A stretch of DNA of 64,000 bases from assembly GCF_046119375.1 (NCBI RefSeq), contig NW_027362769.1, forward strand, positions 143,406,001-143,470,000, written 5' to 3'. Shown in pieces: positions 1 to 12,500 of this stretch; position 1 is the first letter of the stretch, and every line of letters starts with the position of its first letter. The stretch is from Phyllobates terribilis (Eukaryota). A model generated the notes under the pieces. That model was given only the letters and a program-made list of their open reading frames with translations, did not search any database and was not told where the DNA came from. Position numbers and translations under genes: made by a program.

Positions 1-1599
1 ATGACCCCTATAAATGGCTTCTAGCATGTGGTTTAGGAGCTTTACCTGCTACCTTCCCTAAAAAGTCTAAAAGCGTCTGGTCTGCCCCATCGGAGTTGCT
101 AAAGCCTACCAATACCTCTTGGAAAGAAGTAATCCTGACATTTTTCTTGCATGTCGCAGCAGGATGGTCCATCACAAGACGGAGCGGTATCCCGCAGGGG
201 TGTGAAATTGGGGCGTGGAAAGGGAGTGGCATTTAAAAAGTGGATGCGTTGTGAAAATGTTTTTCAGAAGTGCACGTTCCAGGATCTCTTGCACCACCTC
301 TTCCAAAACTTGGCAAAGAACATAATATAAATGGAGCTTTCGACAGAATGTTTAACGAAGTATGGCATGTTTGTGTTTAATCAGCTTTGATAAGGTGTCC
401 ATAGGTAGTCCTTTGCTAGTAAGTAGCCCGTACTTAAGGATTAGGCCAAAAATTGTATTGGTTGAGATAAACTTCTATGCTGTACAGTAGATACAGGAAC
501 TGTCTACTCATTGGAAGTTCATATAGATGTTACAAAAGTCAAAGTGGGCAATGATTAGGTCATTAGTAGCATCTAAAAATGGTTGAGTAAAACTTGCTTC
601 AGACAACGTTCCTGACTGTGGGGGGGCTTCTGTCTGAACCCCTGGAAAACAGGATTTAGATGTGCCAACAGAGCCATAGATTTCAATTAGGCAAATGGAG
701 CCCAAAACATGCAATTTAGGACTCCATTTGGCCTCTTTTTTTTTTTTGGGTGGTGTCTGTCGTTTAAGTCCGACATAATAGTCTCAATTTTGGATGTTGT
801 CTGCCTTTATTGATGTCCATGGCTCATGTTTTTCGGGATTTAAGATGGAAATATTCAGATTAAGTTAGGAATGTGACCCGAACTCCGCCTATAGAGGATA
901 TAGCAAGTCTGAATGAAAGGGCTGGAGGTGAAACGTACCTCCAACCAGAGAGCTATGTCAATAAGGATATGCTCCGATAGCGCACAGATCGCAGGGCTCC
1001 AGATCATTGTTTGCTCTTGGTTTTCTCATACACTGTACGTGTGGAACCTGCCTCTCCAAAGTTTTATTATTTTCAGAATTCTGTATACACCACGTACGAG
1101 GAGAAAAGTCTGCCCTGAAAGCAAACACATTGCAGCCCCACAATGAGCAGCCAGCTAGTAAGCATTCACAGAAGCCTGTAAAACAGGAAAAACAACAAAA
1201 AAAAACCCTCCACGAAGATGGACGAGGGTGGCAAAGCTCAGAAGCATTAAGAGTAATTATAGAATAAATTCATGCAGTGAGAACAATTACAGCACACTAC
1301 GGCTGACTCATAAAACACCATAGAAAACCACAATCTACAAAATATCCCAGAAGCCGGCAGGAGGATTGTTAACAATTCAATTAGAAAAGAACTATAAAAC
1401 AATCACTATGTCAAGGTTACTACCATCTATTTTTTTTATAATTTTATAATTTCTCTTTACTGGATTTTTTTCAAACTTTTCTATAACTTTTGCATAGTAC
1501 TGTATGTATATGAAAAAAAAATCAGAACAGTGCACAAAGTCTTATACTAGACTCACTTGTCTTATTCTTTACAGAAAAGTTTTCATCAGTCTTACAAAT

Positions 1600-1911
1600 C
1601 ATACAGTAGATAACACAGGATCCATCATTCACAATAGGTGATATCACAGCTCACCTCCTCCTGTACAATGACTGATATCACCTCTATATACAGTAGATAA
1701 CACAGGATCCACCATTCACAATAGGTGATATCACAGCTCACCTCCTCCTGTACAATGACTGATATCACCTCTATATACAGTAGATAACAGGATCCACCAG
1801 TCACACAAGATGATATCACAGCTCACCTCCTCCCCCCTCCTGTACCGATAACACCTCTATATACAGTAGATAACAGGATCCACCATTCACAATAACTGAT
1901 GTCACAGCTTA
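1600..1911. repeat. ~87-bp satellite-like tandem array, about 3.5 units
   Basis: Unit atacagtagataacacaggatccaccattcacaataggtgatatcacagctcacctcctcc... recurs at 1601, 1688, 1775 and 1861. Confidence 0.9.
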
Positions 1912-3096
1912 CCTCTTTTGCCCTTAGATAACGCTTCTATACAAACAAACTGGGTCAGAATCAGTCTATTGCTGCTAATATCCATATAAAGAACAAGGTG
2001 TAATAGTTTAATATTAGGCCTAGTGTTCATGGTGAATTTTTTTTCCTTTAAATTTTTGGGTAATGATGAATAGAAAAAAAAAAAAGTCAAAATAAATGTA
2101 AAAATAATTTAACATAAACACCTGACACTAACGATTGTGTCGTCAGAGAATGACCTTTCTGTTTTAACTCTTCAGTCCAAGGTGCACATAGTTCCCTATA
2201 AGACTTGGATGCTTTTTCTCCGTCCTACAAAATTATGAAGCTCCTTTATTCTATAACGACCTCTAATTACGTCAGATCATCTCCAGATACACAATCAAGC
2301 GTTATAAATAGACGGGACACCAAAATGACAGAACTAGGTCACTTCTACCTGCACAGATCTCATCTGTAGCTCCAGGTGAAGATCCGCGCAGGTCACACAA
2401 CGCAGCAGCTACTAGTGATTTACCGGTAAACCATAGCAATAATCACAAGGAAATGCATCAAGACAAAAAAAAAGAACCAAAACAAGTTCTGTTCATCTCT
2501 GCAGTTCGCCATACTAAAAACATTAAAAGGGAATGCAGACGTCGAGTGCTGGACAAGTTCTTATACTTTTCTAGTATTTTTACAACATACATTGAGTACG
2601 CTGCATTGTCAGACTGTACTACTAGATGGTTGGCCAACGAAACATGCGCGGTACCAAAATGGCAACACATCGCCCATCAACAGGATTAGTTCTGAGCATG
2701 TGATTGCCAGGGGGTCTGTCCACTAGGACCCCCATCGGTCAAGAAAGCATGGGGTCCCCAAGTTTCCCATCTGAGCATAGCTGCTTTATGCAAAGTCCAG
2801 GGGATTGGTCGAGGTAGCAGAGTGCAGCGCCCTGGAGTGGCCGAGTACCCCGGAGTAACCATATGCATGTTCATCATCAGTTCCATTCAAATGGAGTTGG
2901 GACTGCAGTTCCCCTGATCGGTTGAGATCCCAATAGTCCCTACCCTGTGGATAGGTTCAAAGCTGTGCCATTGGTACACCCCATTTAAAAGGCTTTGTTT
3001 ATATTGGACCATCTTTTTTTTGTAGAAAAAAAATCCTAGACAATAAGCCAATTAGCAATTATCCAGCTGCTGGGACGCCCAGAAATTAGTGGGGAC

Positions 3097-3312
3097 TAGT
3101 GATGAGCGAGTATGGTCGGTTAACCCTTTCGGCGAGTATGCTCGGGCGAGTACCGAGTATCTTCAGCGTACTCGGTGTTATGTTTGAATCACTCCCGTGT
3201 GCATGATTTGCGACTGTTTGACAGCTTTAATACATGTGAGGAATGCTTAAGAAACAAGAATACTTGCCCGAGCATAGTCGCAGAAAGGGTTAACCGAACA
3301 TACTCCTCACTA
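3097..3312. mobile_element. hAT-type MITE
   Basis: Terminal inverted repeats TAGTGATGAGCGAGTATG.TCGGTTAACCCTTTC / GAAAGGGTTAACCGAACATACTCCTCACTA; exact 8-bp TSD GTGGGGAC at 3089-3096 and 3313-3320. Confidence 0.85.
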
Positions 3313-4776
3313 GTGGGGACCCGTCATAGGGTGTTTAAATTCATTGAAGCTGCATCAAAAGCGGAAGTGAAGTGTTACACAGTTCACATTGAACTCAATG
3401 GGTGTAAGTGTAATGCACTGACGAGCCTTGTCCTTCGGAGTGAAACGCGTTGTATATCAGTGTATCCTATTCAAGACTGATAGTCAGTCTTGAATAGGAG
3501 TTATAGTGCTCAAGCCACTTTATATTGGGCGGTTATGGTCGTATTACACAGTTGCCAAATACCGTGCCCATACACAGCTATGAGCCCCTACTGTACACAC
3601 TTTGTGCATCTAATTCCATAGAGTCACATTGAGTCTTTTTGCAGCTTTACTTGCTTTATCATGGAAGCATTGGTTAAATTTCCAACAGGTCTATCACATA
3701 GGACCATTAATTTCCATTCATAATTTAGGCAGTAATGCTGGACTAGAGTCACCTTCTTCCTTTAAAAAGGTTAACCCCACAAGTAATATTCATCATCCAC
3801 CAACACTAAATCTGATAATGAGGGTCCAAAGTCCCCTGTGTGAATGGAGTGGTAGTGAGCATGTGCGACCAAGCGAATAGAGCAGTGGTCGCACATGCTC
3901 ACTACTGCTCCATTTACACAGAAGAACTTTGAGACCACCATTCTCATAAATTGTTGGGGGCCCGGTGGCTGGACCCCCTACGATTCATACAATCATCACA
4001 TATAATGTTATTTATGGGAAAACCCCTTTTAAGTTTCTTATAAACAATAGTGTAAAATACCTTGTATAATGTGCATATAAGAAACAAGCACTCGCTGGAC
4101 GTTCTCCATAAATAATAGACCAGACTGGTGTCACGGTGTATTATAGCATCATTTATACATTTTATAGCAGCCTTTCTGATGCATTAATCTACCGCAGCGA
4201 TCAGTTTCCTATTCACAAACCAGGTTAATGTGATATTCTGAGCTGCTCTTACATCATTTAAACTTCAGCACTTGGCAGTTTTGCACATGTGGTTTCTTTT
4301 ACTGCGCTGTTTTTCCCATTGAACTACAGCATACTGTAATAAGATCGTCAGTCTATAACCGTCTCACACCTACACATTTTCCTAACGTGGTTGTATGAGA
4401 TGAAAAAAGAAACATCTGCTTTCTTCCAGAAATATACATCTCCTGGGGCTGAATCTAGTATTCCTTTGAATGCTGCTGCAATACCTGAAACAGTCAGTGG
4501 ACAAAAGTGGCACTGTTTTGGTACTACTAGTTAGATATATATGTAAATTTAATTGTCTAAAATAATAATCAAAGCAAACTATAAATATTTACCATAACAG
4601 TTTGTATATTATTTTCTATTATTAAATGTTTTTTCAATTCTACATTGCTACTACCTAAGTGATAGAAATCTTGCCATTTTTTTCATTGGCCACTAAGCCC
4701 AACACTAGACTGAAACCTCCTGTTATGTTCAAAAGACCTTTCAGCAATTTGATCATTACAGGTAACACCTCTGTGC

Positions 4777-5131
4777 ACAGTAGATAAAACAGGAGCCACC
4801 ATTCACAATAGGTGATATCACAGCACACCTCCTCCTCCCCCTGTACAATGACTGTTTACACCTCTATATACAGTAGAAAACACAGGATCCACCATTTTCA
4901 ATAGGTGATATCACAGCTCACCTCCTCTTCCCCCTGTACAATGACTGTTTACACCTCTATATACAGTAGAAAACACAGGATCCACCATTTTCAATAGGTG
5001 ATATCACAGCTCACCTCCTCCTCCCCCTGTACAATGACTGTTTACACCTCTATATACAGTAGAAAACACAGGATCCACCATTCACAGTAGGTGATGTCAC
5101 AGCTCACCTCCTCCTCCTCCCTTCACAATGA
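4777..5131. repeat. ~93-bp variant of the same satellite as 1600-1911, about 4 units
   Basis: atacagtagaaaacacaggatccacc... recurs at 4868, 4961 and 5054. Confidence 0.9.
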
Positions 5132-5198
5132 CATTTGCTCAAATTTGAGCATGCCCAGTTTATACTTCTATACAAATAAATGGCATCAGTGAGTATAT

Positions 5199-5331
5199 NN
5201 NNNNNNNNNNNNNNNNNNNNNNNNNNNNNNNNNNNNNNNNNNNNNNNNNNNNNNNNNNNNNNNNNNNNNNNNNNNNNNNNNNNNNNNNNNNNNNNNNNNN
5301 NNNNNNNNNNNNNNNNNNNNNNNNNNNNNNN
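5199..5331. other. Assembly gap (run of N) in GALNT5 intron 1
   Basis: Run of N about 40 bp from the exon 1 splice donor. Confidence 0.99.
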
Positions 5332-5374
5332 ATATTTGGAAATCAAGATCTCAGGCACTTGAGAAACTTCTTAC

Positions 5375-7170
5375 CCTTTGGGTCTGGTATCCTCAATAGC
5401 TCGGTCAAGTGGGATAATGTCACTAAGGTAGACATTGAAGTTTCCTTCTTTCCACCGTCTGCCTGCTTCTTGCTCCTTATCTTTAGGGACCGCCATGGGC
5501 CTCCCAAACTGGCCCGGTGCTCTGGGATTTCTTGGACTCATAGTTAAATCAATAGTTAATACTTTATGTTTGGCGGTAAGTGGCTTCACTTTAATTACTT
5601 CACTTTCAATTTTTACTCCATGGTCGGAGCTGGTGTTGGTCACTTTACTTGAGCTTTTCTCCTTGACATTACCCGGTCTGTTCTTTTCTTTATCCGCCAC
5701 TTTTCCTAAAAACCCTTCTTTGATATTGAGCAGCAAGTTGGAGTTTTTCACATTTGCACTGATTTGAGAAATATTAGATCCCGGGTTCACTTTTTTAACC
5801 GTTTCATTCAGTGATTTGGATCCCTTGGCATCACTATTCGGTAAATCATTATTGACTGCATCATTAGGTAAAACGTCGGCAGAGACATTTTTGGGCGGCA
5901 GTTTATCCATTTTGTCATTATTGACATTTAATTTATCAATCAATACAACATTTGCATCAGGATGTTGATTGAGATTGTCTATTGGTTTAGCATTTTCATT
6001 ATCTACATTTTTAGGGGCTCCTACTTCTTTGGATTCCAAGGCATCTTTAGGAGCAGCTGCATCTTTGGCCGCCAATGCAATTTTAAGGGGACCTACATCT
6101 TTGGGTGCAGATTTATCATTTTGGGCCACAGCATCCATGTGCTTAGCTCCATCTTTGGGGGCTTCTGCAACCTTAGAATCTGCTCCATCATGTTTAGGGG
6201 CCATGGCATCTTTGGGGGCTTCTCCGTTTTCTTCCTTAGGTTTTTCTGCATTCTTAGGCACTGCAACATTATTAGGGGCCTCTGAATCCTTCTCCTTTTT
6301 AAAAGCCACATCATCCTTAGGATTTCCCACATCTTTAGAGTCCCCTGTATCCTTGGGCACGGCGGCATCTTTAGGGGCCCCTACTCCTTGCACCACAACT
6401 GCACCCTTTGGTTCTGTTCCATTTTTGGAAACCACAACATCGAGGGGCCCCACTGCATATTTTCCATCATTAGGGGCCACATCATCCTTACTTTCTACAC
6501 CATCTTTAGGCTCAACTCTAAATTTAGGTGTTACCATGTCTTTGCTTTTAACCATACTCTGAAAGTCTCCTGCACCGACAGGTTCTTCCTGATGGGGTAC
6601 ATCCCCCAACTTTACAACAGGGGGCGTATTTTTCAGTCTGACTATTAACCTTTCTTCTGCTGGAGGATTGGGAAATTGCCCTTTTGACAACAGAACATTT
6701 GTGACCTTTGCAACTTCCAGCTTTTTTCCCTCCTCAGCTCCAAGTTCAAGATTCAAGTTTTTGGCTCGTTGATCCCCCAACGGAGATAAAGTTTGATTAA
6801 ATATCCTGGGCTTTATAGTCCTTTTTCTATTTTTGGCCATAATTTTAGCGTTACTGTCAAGTGCATGAGCTGGTCCAGCAAGTTCATCCGCAGGAGGGTA
6901 AAATATGCCTTTTAACTTAGTAACGTCCTTTCCCAGGGGTTCCCTTGCCTCTTTCCATTTACTGTCCTCGTTGCCCCTTCCTGGGGGATTCCAGGATTCG
7001 GATCCCACTTTATCCCTGCGGAAAAGTTCCTCTTTTTGCAACTTGCTATTGACCTCATTGAAAGAAAACCTCAGAGCTGCCATGTCAAATATCAGCCAGA
7101 TGATAGAGGCGACGAATATGAACGCCAGGGCTCTACCGCTGCCCCTAAAGTACTTCCTTACCCTGTGCAT
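5375..7170 (-). CDS. GALNT5: Polypeptide N-acetylgalactosaminyltransferase 5, first coding exon (cytoplasmic tail, TM anchor, long stem, start of catalytic region)
   Basis: ORF starts [37 protein letters not shown], which closely resembles the GALNT5 N-terminus ([37 protein letters not shown]). It ends PGQFGRP...WKEGNFNVYLSDIIPLDRAIEDTRPKG at a GTAAGA splice donor (minus strand, starting 5374, phase 2). ATG at 7170 has A at -3. Later exons were not found in the window. Confidence 0.95.
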
Positions 7171-9684
7171 CCTTGCAGTGGCTGGGAGTTGTAGTACTTG
7201 CTGTCACACAGCAGCCTCTTTGTACAAGCACAGGGGTTGCCTGCTCACTGCTGCCTGCGTGGCATTTCTTGGTGCTTTCCTCCTCTCCGCTCTTCCTGGC
7301 ACTTGGGCACCACTCTGGGGGTGATGATCTTCAGGGCAGCACATCTGCACTGCATGGCTACATTGTATCACATCCCATATCCTGCTTCTTGGAGACACTT
7401 CTCTGGGAAGGTTGCAGGGCAGCAGACGTGTACTCTCTCCACCCATCCTTGTGTTGAAACTTGAGAAGCCGCCACATATGAGGAAATTGTGTCAGTGCAT
7501 AAAGCCAGCAGTGCAGTGCAGAAGCCCTCACCTTGCAAGGCTTGTGTAACCCTTTCCTGGCTGGAAGAGCCCATGTGGATGGGAGGAGGACTGCAAAAGC
7601 AATTAGTGCACAGGTTAACCCCTTCACGGCCACACTTTACTCCTCACGTAGAACTTTGTCTGACTTGCAAACAATATGGGGTCTGTGTGACTAGGGACAA
7701 TTAAGAAATAGACTTTGTTTAAAGTGATTTCCAAAGTGAATTTTGTTACTTTGTTTTTCTATTTCTTGTCTAAGGGTAGGCGCATACGTTAAGTATTTGG
7801 TTGAGAAATTTCTGCATAAAATGGGCGTGCTTTTGATGCGTTTTTTTTTTCCCCCCAATCATTAGCATAGTTGAAATCTGTAGCAAAAATGCCAAAAGAA
7901 TTGGCATGCTGCAGGTTTAAATCTGCATGTCGAAAATAGGGAACGTGTGCATGAGACTTCAAGACTCTCATTCACTTTGCTGAGACTAAGAAAACCTTCA
8001 GGTTTTATGACAAAACTGTGCAGGAAAAAAAAGTGACATCTGCATTCTATAGCTACTCTGACATGGATTTTAAAAGTAAGTACACCAGCCTGATCAGGTC
8101 TAGGATGTTTATGTAATAATGTACACATTTCGTATTGTGAAATTTGGTGACTGACAAGGACAGTTATCTCCCTGTAGGCATTATGCGTGAAACTTATGGT
8201 CCCTCTGTGGCCAAACAGCGTTTCTAAAGGTTTATGAAAAATGGCTGGAATTTCATGTTTTGTTTTTTTTTTCTTCAGAATTTTTTCAGGTGTTTTAGAA
8301 AAAAAAACTATGAAAAATAGAACAACAAAAAAACAACAACCTGGAACATGCTAAACTATGAAATGAAAAAAACAAAACTACAATGGATCCCCAAGACAGG
8401 AAAACCAACACAGAAGTGTACTGTTTGTAGAGCTCTTGAAGGGGTTTTCCAAGTATAAAGTTTTTCATCTTTGAAATGTAGCCATCAACTTTACAATTTA
8501 CATACGTTAGTAAAAGTGCCTGCTTTGCCTACTCCTTAAAGGGGTTTTCCAGTTATGGAAAACTTGTGTGTTGTGGCTGCAGATAGTTTAAAGGGAACCT
8601 GCCAGCTGATACATGCTTCCTGATCCACAGGCTGCATATATCAGGCACTGGCTGTATGATTTCAACTTGGAATATTTCACTCTGAAACATCGCACCATTT
8701 CAGAGAAAAACATACGTTAAAAGCCGCCTGGGACCAAGCTACATGTGAGACTAGTCAGGTGGGCCCCCCGGCGACTTCTCCACACCCACTGCCAGTGACT
8801 GACTGGTTTCTCTGTTGTTGGAAACTAGCATAGTGTCATAGAGAAAAATTAAAATCCATAAGACCTCTCCGGAGAGGGGACATATCATCATCACGCTGAA
8901 TATATGGGATTAATTATAACTAGGGGAGAGAAAAACTAGTAATAACTGACGAAGTGAGAAAAAGAGCTGACACTTTGCTCTCCATTGAAGCCTCCTGCAG
9001 TGACCAGGTAATCACAGCAGGAAGAATAGCTGGGAAGAAGGCTGAGATTTGTTTAAGCAGAGGCGGGGAAGTACGCTTCCAAACCAAAGAGCTTCCTCTG
9101 ATCAAAGCACTGATCGCAGACCAGCTGGAGCCAGTGGCCATTGATGAATATTGCGGTTTACATTGATCCAATATTTATGGACCATATATTTTTGGCGTTG
9201 CAGAGAAGAGACGGAGATAACTCTCTTTCACTCGCATCACCATAAGGCCGGCAGAACCCCTCCAACTTAATATTGGTCTGATGGATGGTGCTATCCATGC
9301 CATGATCCATCTCTATAAAAAGGTAAAATGGTGATAAGAAACACGAAGACAATATCTACTGCCTGGGAACTCCAGGGGCAAAAATATCCTGAAAGTTAGG
9401 GATCTAATAAAATTCTATAAGCTCACCAAGGGGAGGTATGAGGGCGTAACCTTGATCTAATAAAAAGAAGAATTTGGGTGTCTGTTTTTGTCATTCTGGA
9501 AGACACAGCTTGCTGTGAGTATTCGATTTAATCAATCTAAGTGCTTCCCTCCATAAAGATTAGAGCCATTCCTGTAACATCAGGTTTAGTAATTCTCTTT
9601 TGTTGTTCCTTTTCATTTTATGTAATTGGATTTACCGGATTGTTTTGTTCCCATTTTGTATCATCTTTGTAAATTCCTTTTCCT

Positions 9685-11062
9685 CTAGTCACCGGAAATG
9701 GTCTTCCAACAATCTTGAAGGAGTTCCCAGAGATGCTTAGCACTTGTTGGCCCTTTTGCCTTCACTCTGCGGTCCAGCTCACCCCAAACCATCTCGATTG
9801 GGTTCAGGTCTGGTGACTGTGGAGGCCAGGTCATCTGGCGTAGCACCCCATCACTCTCCCTCTTGGTCAAATAGCCCTTACACAGCCTGGAGATGTATTT
9901 GGGGTCATTGTCCTGTTGAAAAAGAAATGATGGTCCAACTAAACGCAAACCTGATGGAATAGCATGCCGCTGCAAGATGCTGTGGTAACCATGCTGGTTC
10001 ATTATGCCTTCAATTTTGAATAAATCCCCAACAGTGTCACCAGCAAAGCACCCCCACACCATCACACCTCCTCCTCCTCCATGCTTCACGGTGGGAACCA
10101 GGCATGTAGAGTCCATCCGTTAACCTTTTCTGCGTCGCACAAAGACACAGTGGTTGGAACCAAAGATCTCAAATTTGGACTCATCAGACCAAAGCACAGA
10201 TTTCCACTGGTCTAATGTCCATTCCTTGTGTTCTTTAGCCCAAACAAGTCTCTTCTGCTTGTTGCCTGTCCTTAGCAGTGGTTTCCTAGCAGCTATTTGA
10301 TCATGAAGGCCTGCTGCACAAAGTCTCCTCTTAACAGTTGTTGAAGAGATGTGTCTGCTGCTAGAACTCTGTGTGGCATTGACCTGGTCTCTAATCTGAG
10401 CTGCTGTTAACCTGCGATTTCTGAGGCTGGTGACTCGGATAAACTTATCCTCAGAAGCAGAGGTGACTCTTGGTCTTCCTTTCCTGGGGCGGTCCTCATG
10501 TGAGCCAGTTTCTTTGTAGCGCTTGATGGTTTTTGCAACTGCACTTGGGGACACTTTCAAAGTTTGCCCAATTTTTCATACTGACTGACCTTCATTTCTT
10601 AAAGTAATGATGTCCACTCGTTTTTCTTTACTTCGTTGCTTTTTTCTTGCCATAATACAAATTCTAACAGTCTATTCAGTAGGACTATCAGCTGTGTATA
10701 CACCAGACTTCTGCACAACACAACTGATGGTCCCAACCCCATTTATAAGGCAAGAAATCCCACTTATTAAACCTGACAGGGCACACCTGTGAAGTGAAAA
10801 CCATTTCCGGTGACTACCTCTTGAAGCTCATCAAGAGAATGCCAAGAGTGTGCAAAGCAGTCATCAAAGCAAAAGGTGGCTACTTTGAAGAACCTAGAAT
10901 ATAAGACATATTTTCAGTTGTTTCACACTTTTTTGTTAAGTATATAATTCCACATGTGTTAATTCATAGTTTTGATGCCTTCAGTGTGAATGTACAATTT
11001 TCATAGTCATGAAAATACAGAAAAATCTTTAAATGAGAAGGTGTGTCCAAACTTTTGGTCTG
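9685..11062 (-). mobile_element. Tc1-like DD38E (Intruder-type) transposon; 3' TIR lost, transposase pseudogenised
   Basis: TIR begins TA|CAGACCAAAAGTTTGGACACACC at 11062. Transposase ATG at 10653 with in-frame stops (one CGA>TGA, and GAA>TAA at 10120). Motifs WSDESKFE, FQQDNDPK and SPDLNPIE, with 38 residues counted between the second D and E. Confidence 0.88.
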
Positions 11063-11097
11063 TACTATGTATGTGTCTGTGTATGTGCGTGTGTATG

Positions 11098-11101
<4 letters not shown>

Positions 11102-11158
<57 letters not shown>
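11102..11158. repeat. (TA)n microsatellite
   Basis: Direct reading; Tc1-like elements lie on both sides. Confidence 0.97.
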
Positions 11159-11161
<3 letters not shown>

Positions 11162-11165
11162 ATTA

Positions 11166-11360
11166 CAGTGGGGAAAAAAAGTATTTAGTCAGCCACCAAT
11201 TGTGCAAGTTCTCCCACTTAAAAAGATGAGAGGCCTGTAATTGACATCATAGGTAGACCTCAACTGTCAGAGCCAAAATGAGAAAACAAATCCTGAAAAT
11301 CACATTGTTTGATTTGGAAATAATTTTTTTTCAAATTTTGGTGGAAATTAAGTATTTTAC
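11166..11360 (+). mobile_element. Tc1-like left-end fragment
   Basis: TA|CAGTGGGGAAAAAAAGTATTTAGTCAGCC terminus typical of Tc1 TIRs; no matching right end seen. Confidence 0.55.
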
Positions 11361-12500
11361 ATACATACAGTGGGGGAAATAATTATTTGATCCCTTGCTG
11401 TTTTTGTAAGTTTCCCCACTCACAAAGACATGAACAGTCTATAATTTTAAGGGTAGGTTAATTTTAATATTGAGAGATAGAATATCCCAAACAAAAAAAA
11501 TTAAGAAAATCACATTGTATAACTTAGATAAATTTATTTGCATTTTTCATTGAGAAATAAGTATTTGATCCCCTACAAACCATTATGAGTTCTGGCTCCT
11601 ACAGACCACTTAGACGCTCCTAATCAATTCGATACCTGCATTAAAGACAGCTGTCTTACATAGTCACCTGTATAATAGACTTCTGTCCATAGACTCAATC
11701 AGTCAGACTCTAACCTCTACAACATGGGCAAGACCAAAGAGCTTTCTAAGGATGTCAGATGTTACGGATCCGGATGGTGGAACCTCTGTGCTGCGGTGCA
11801 AGGAGGGACCAGAGGGGCATAACTAGGTATCAACTCGGACTGACCAAGGTCGCACGGCGACTAAATCGACTCGAGGGACCAGGTGCTACTCTGGGCCAGT
11901 CCTTGTATGAGAGCAGGTGACTCCCACGGGTAACTGTTTGGAGCCTCCAGGTAGGCTGGCTGATAGGCACGGCAGGTAACTGGTGTAGGAGCCTCCAGGT
12001 AGGCTGGCTGGTAGGCATGGCAGGTAACAGGTACGTTCTCCAGGTAGTCAGGCAAGCCTGGCCCATAGACAGACTGGCAGGTTAGGACCGTAGGCAGACC
12101 GCCTGGCTGGAGAGTGCACTTGGCTGGTGGAGACAGGTAGTCAGGCTGGCGGACTGGACTGGTAGTCAGGCTGGCGGACTGGACTGGTAGTCAGGCTGGC
12201 GAACTGGACTGGTAGTCAGGCTAGCAGCGGGACCTGAGGGCTGAAGCAGAGTTTAGAACACAAAGCTACAACCTTGCACGGGCACCTCCATTTTGGAGGA
12301 GGTGCCTTTTATATGACGGCGCGCGGCCCCTTTAAGAGGGAGGGAGAGCGCGCGCCCTAAGCACAGTACCCAGGAAGCTGCGCGTGCCGGCAGCAGCAGC
12401 AGGAGAGCCGGAAGACGCTAGGCCAGGAGCGTGGTGGTAAGGGGGACGGCGTCTCTGCCTGTCAGAGGGCAGAGACGCCGATGCTACAATACTCCCCCCT

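Noticed and set aside
1-1280. Possible GALNT5 exon 2 or a decayed retroelement ORF at the left edge
   Set aside because: No LPTTSVI/DEVWSTLLR-like catalytic sequence found; the frames contain stops and no motif I recognise.
5104-5362. ORFs spanning 5104-5362
   Set aside because: Artefacts of the N gap.
5435-6648. Several plus-strand ORFs (up to 197 aa) opposite GALNT5 exon 1
   Set aside because: Antisense shadows of a repetitive coding exon.
7660-7680. Forkhead-like TGTTTGC motif upstream of GALNT5
   Set aside because: A single short motif is expected by chance; the TSS and promoter cannot be defined from sequence alone.
8920-9480. Short ORFs (70-83 aa) upstream of GALNT5
   Set aside because: No recognisable domain or splice context; probably old repeat debris.
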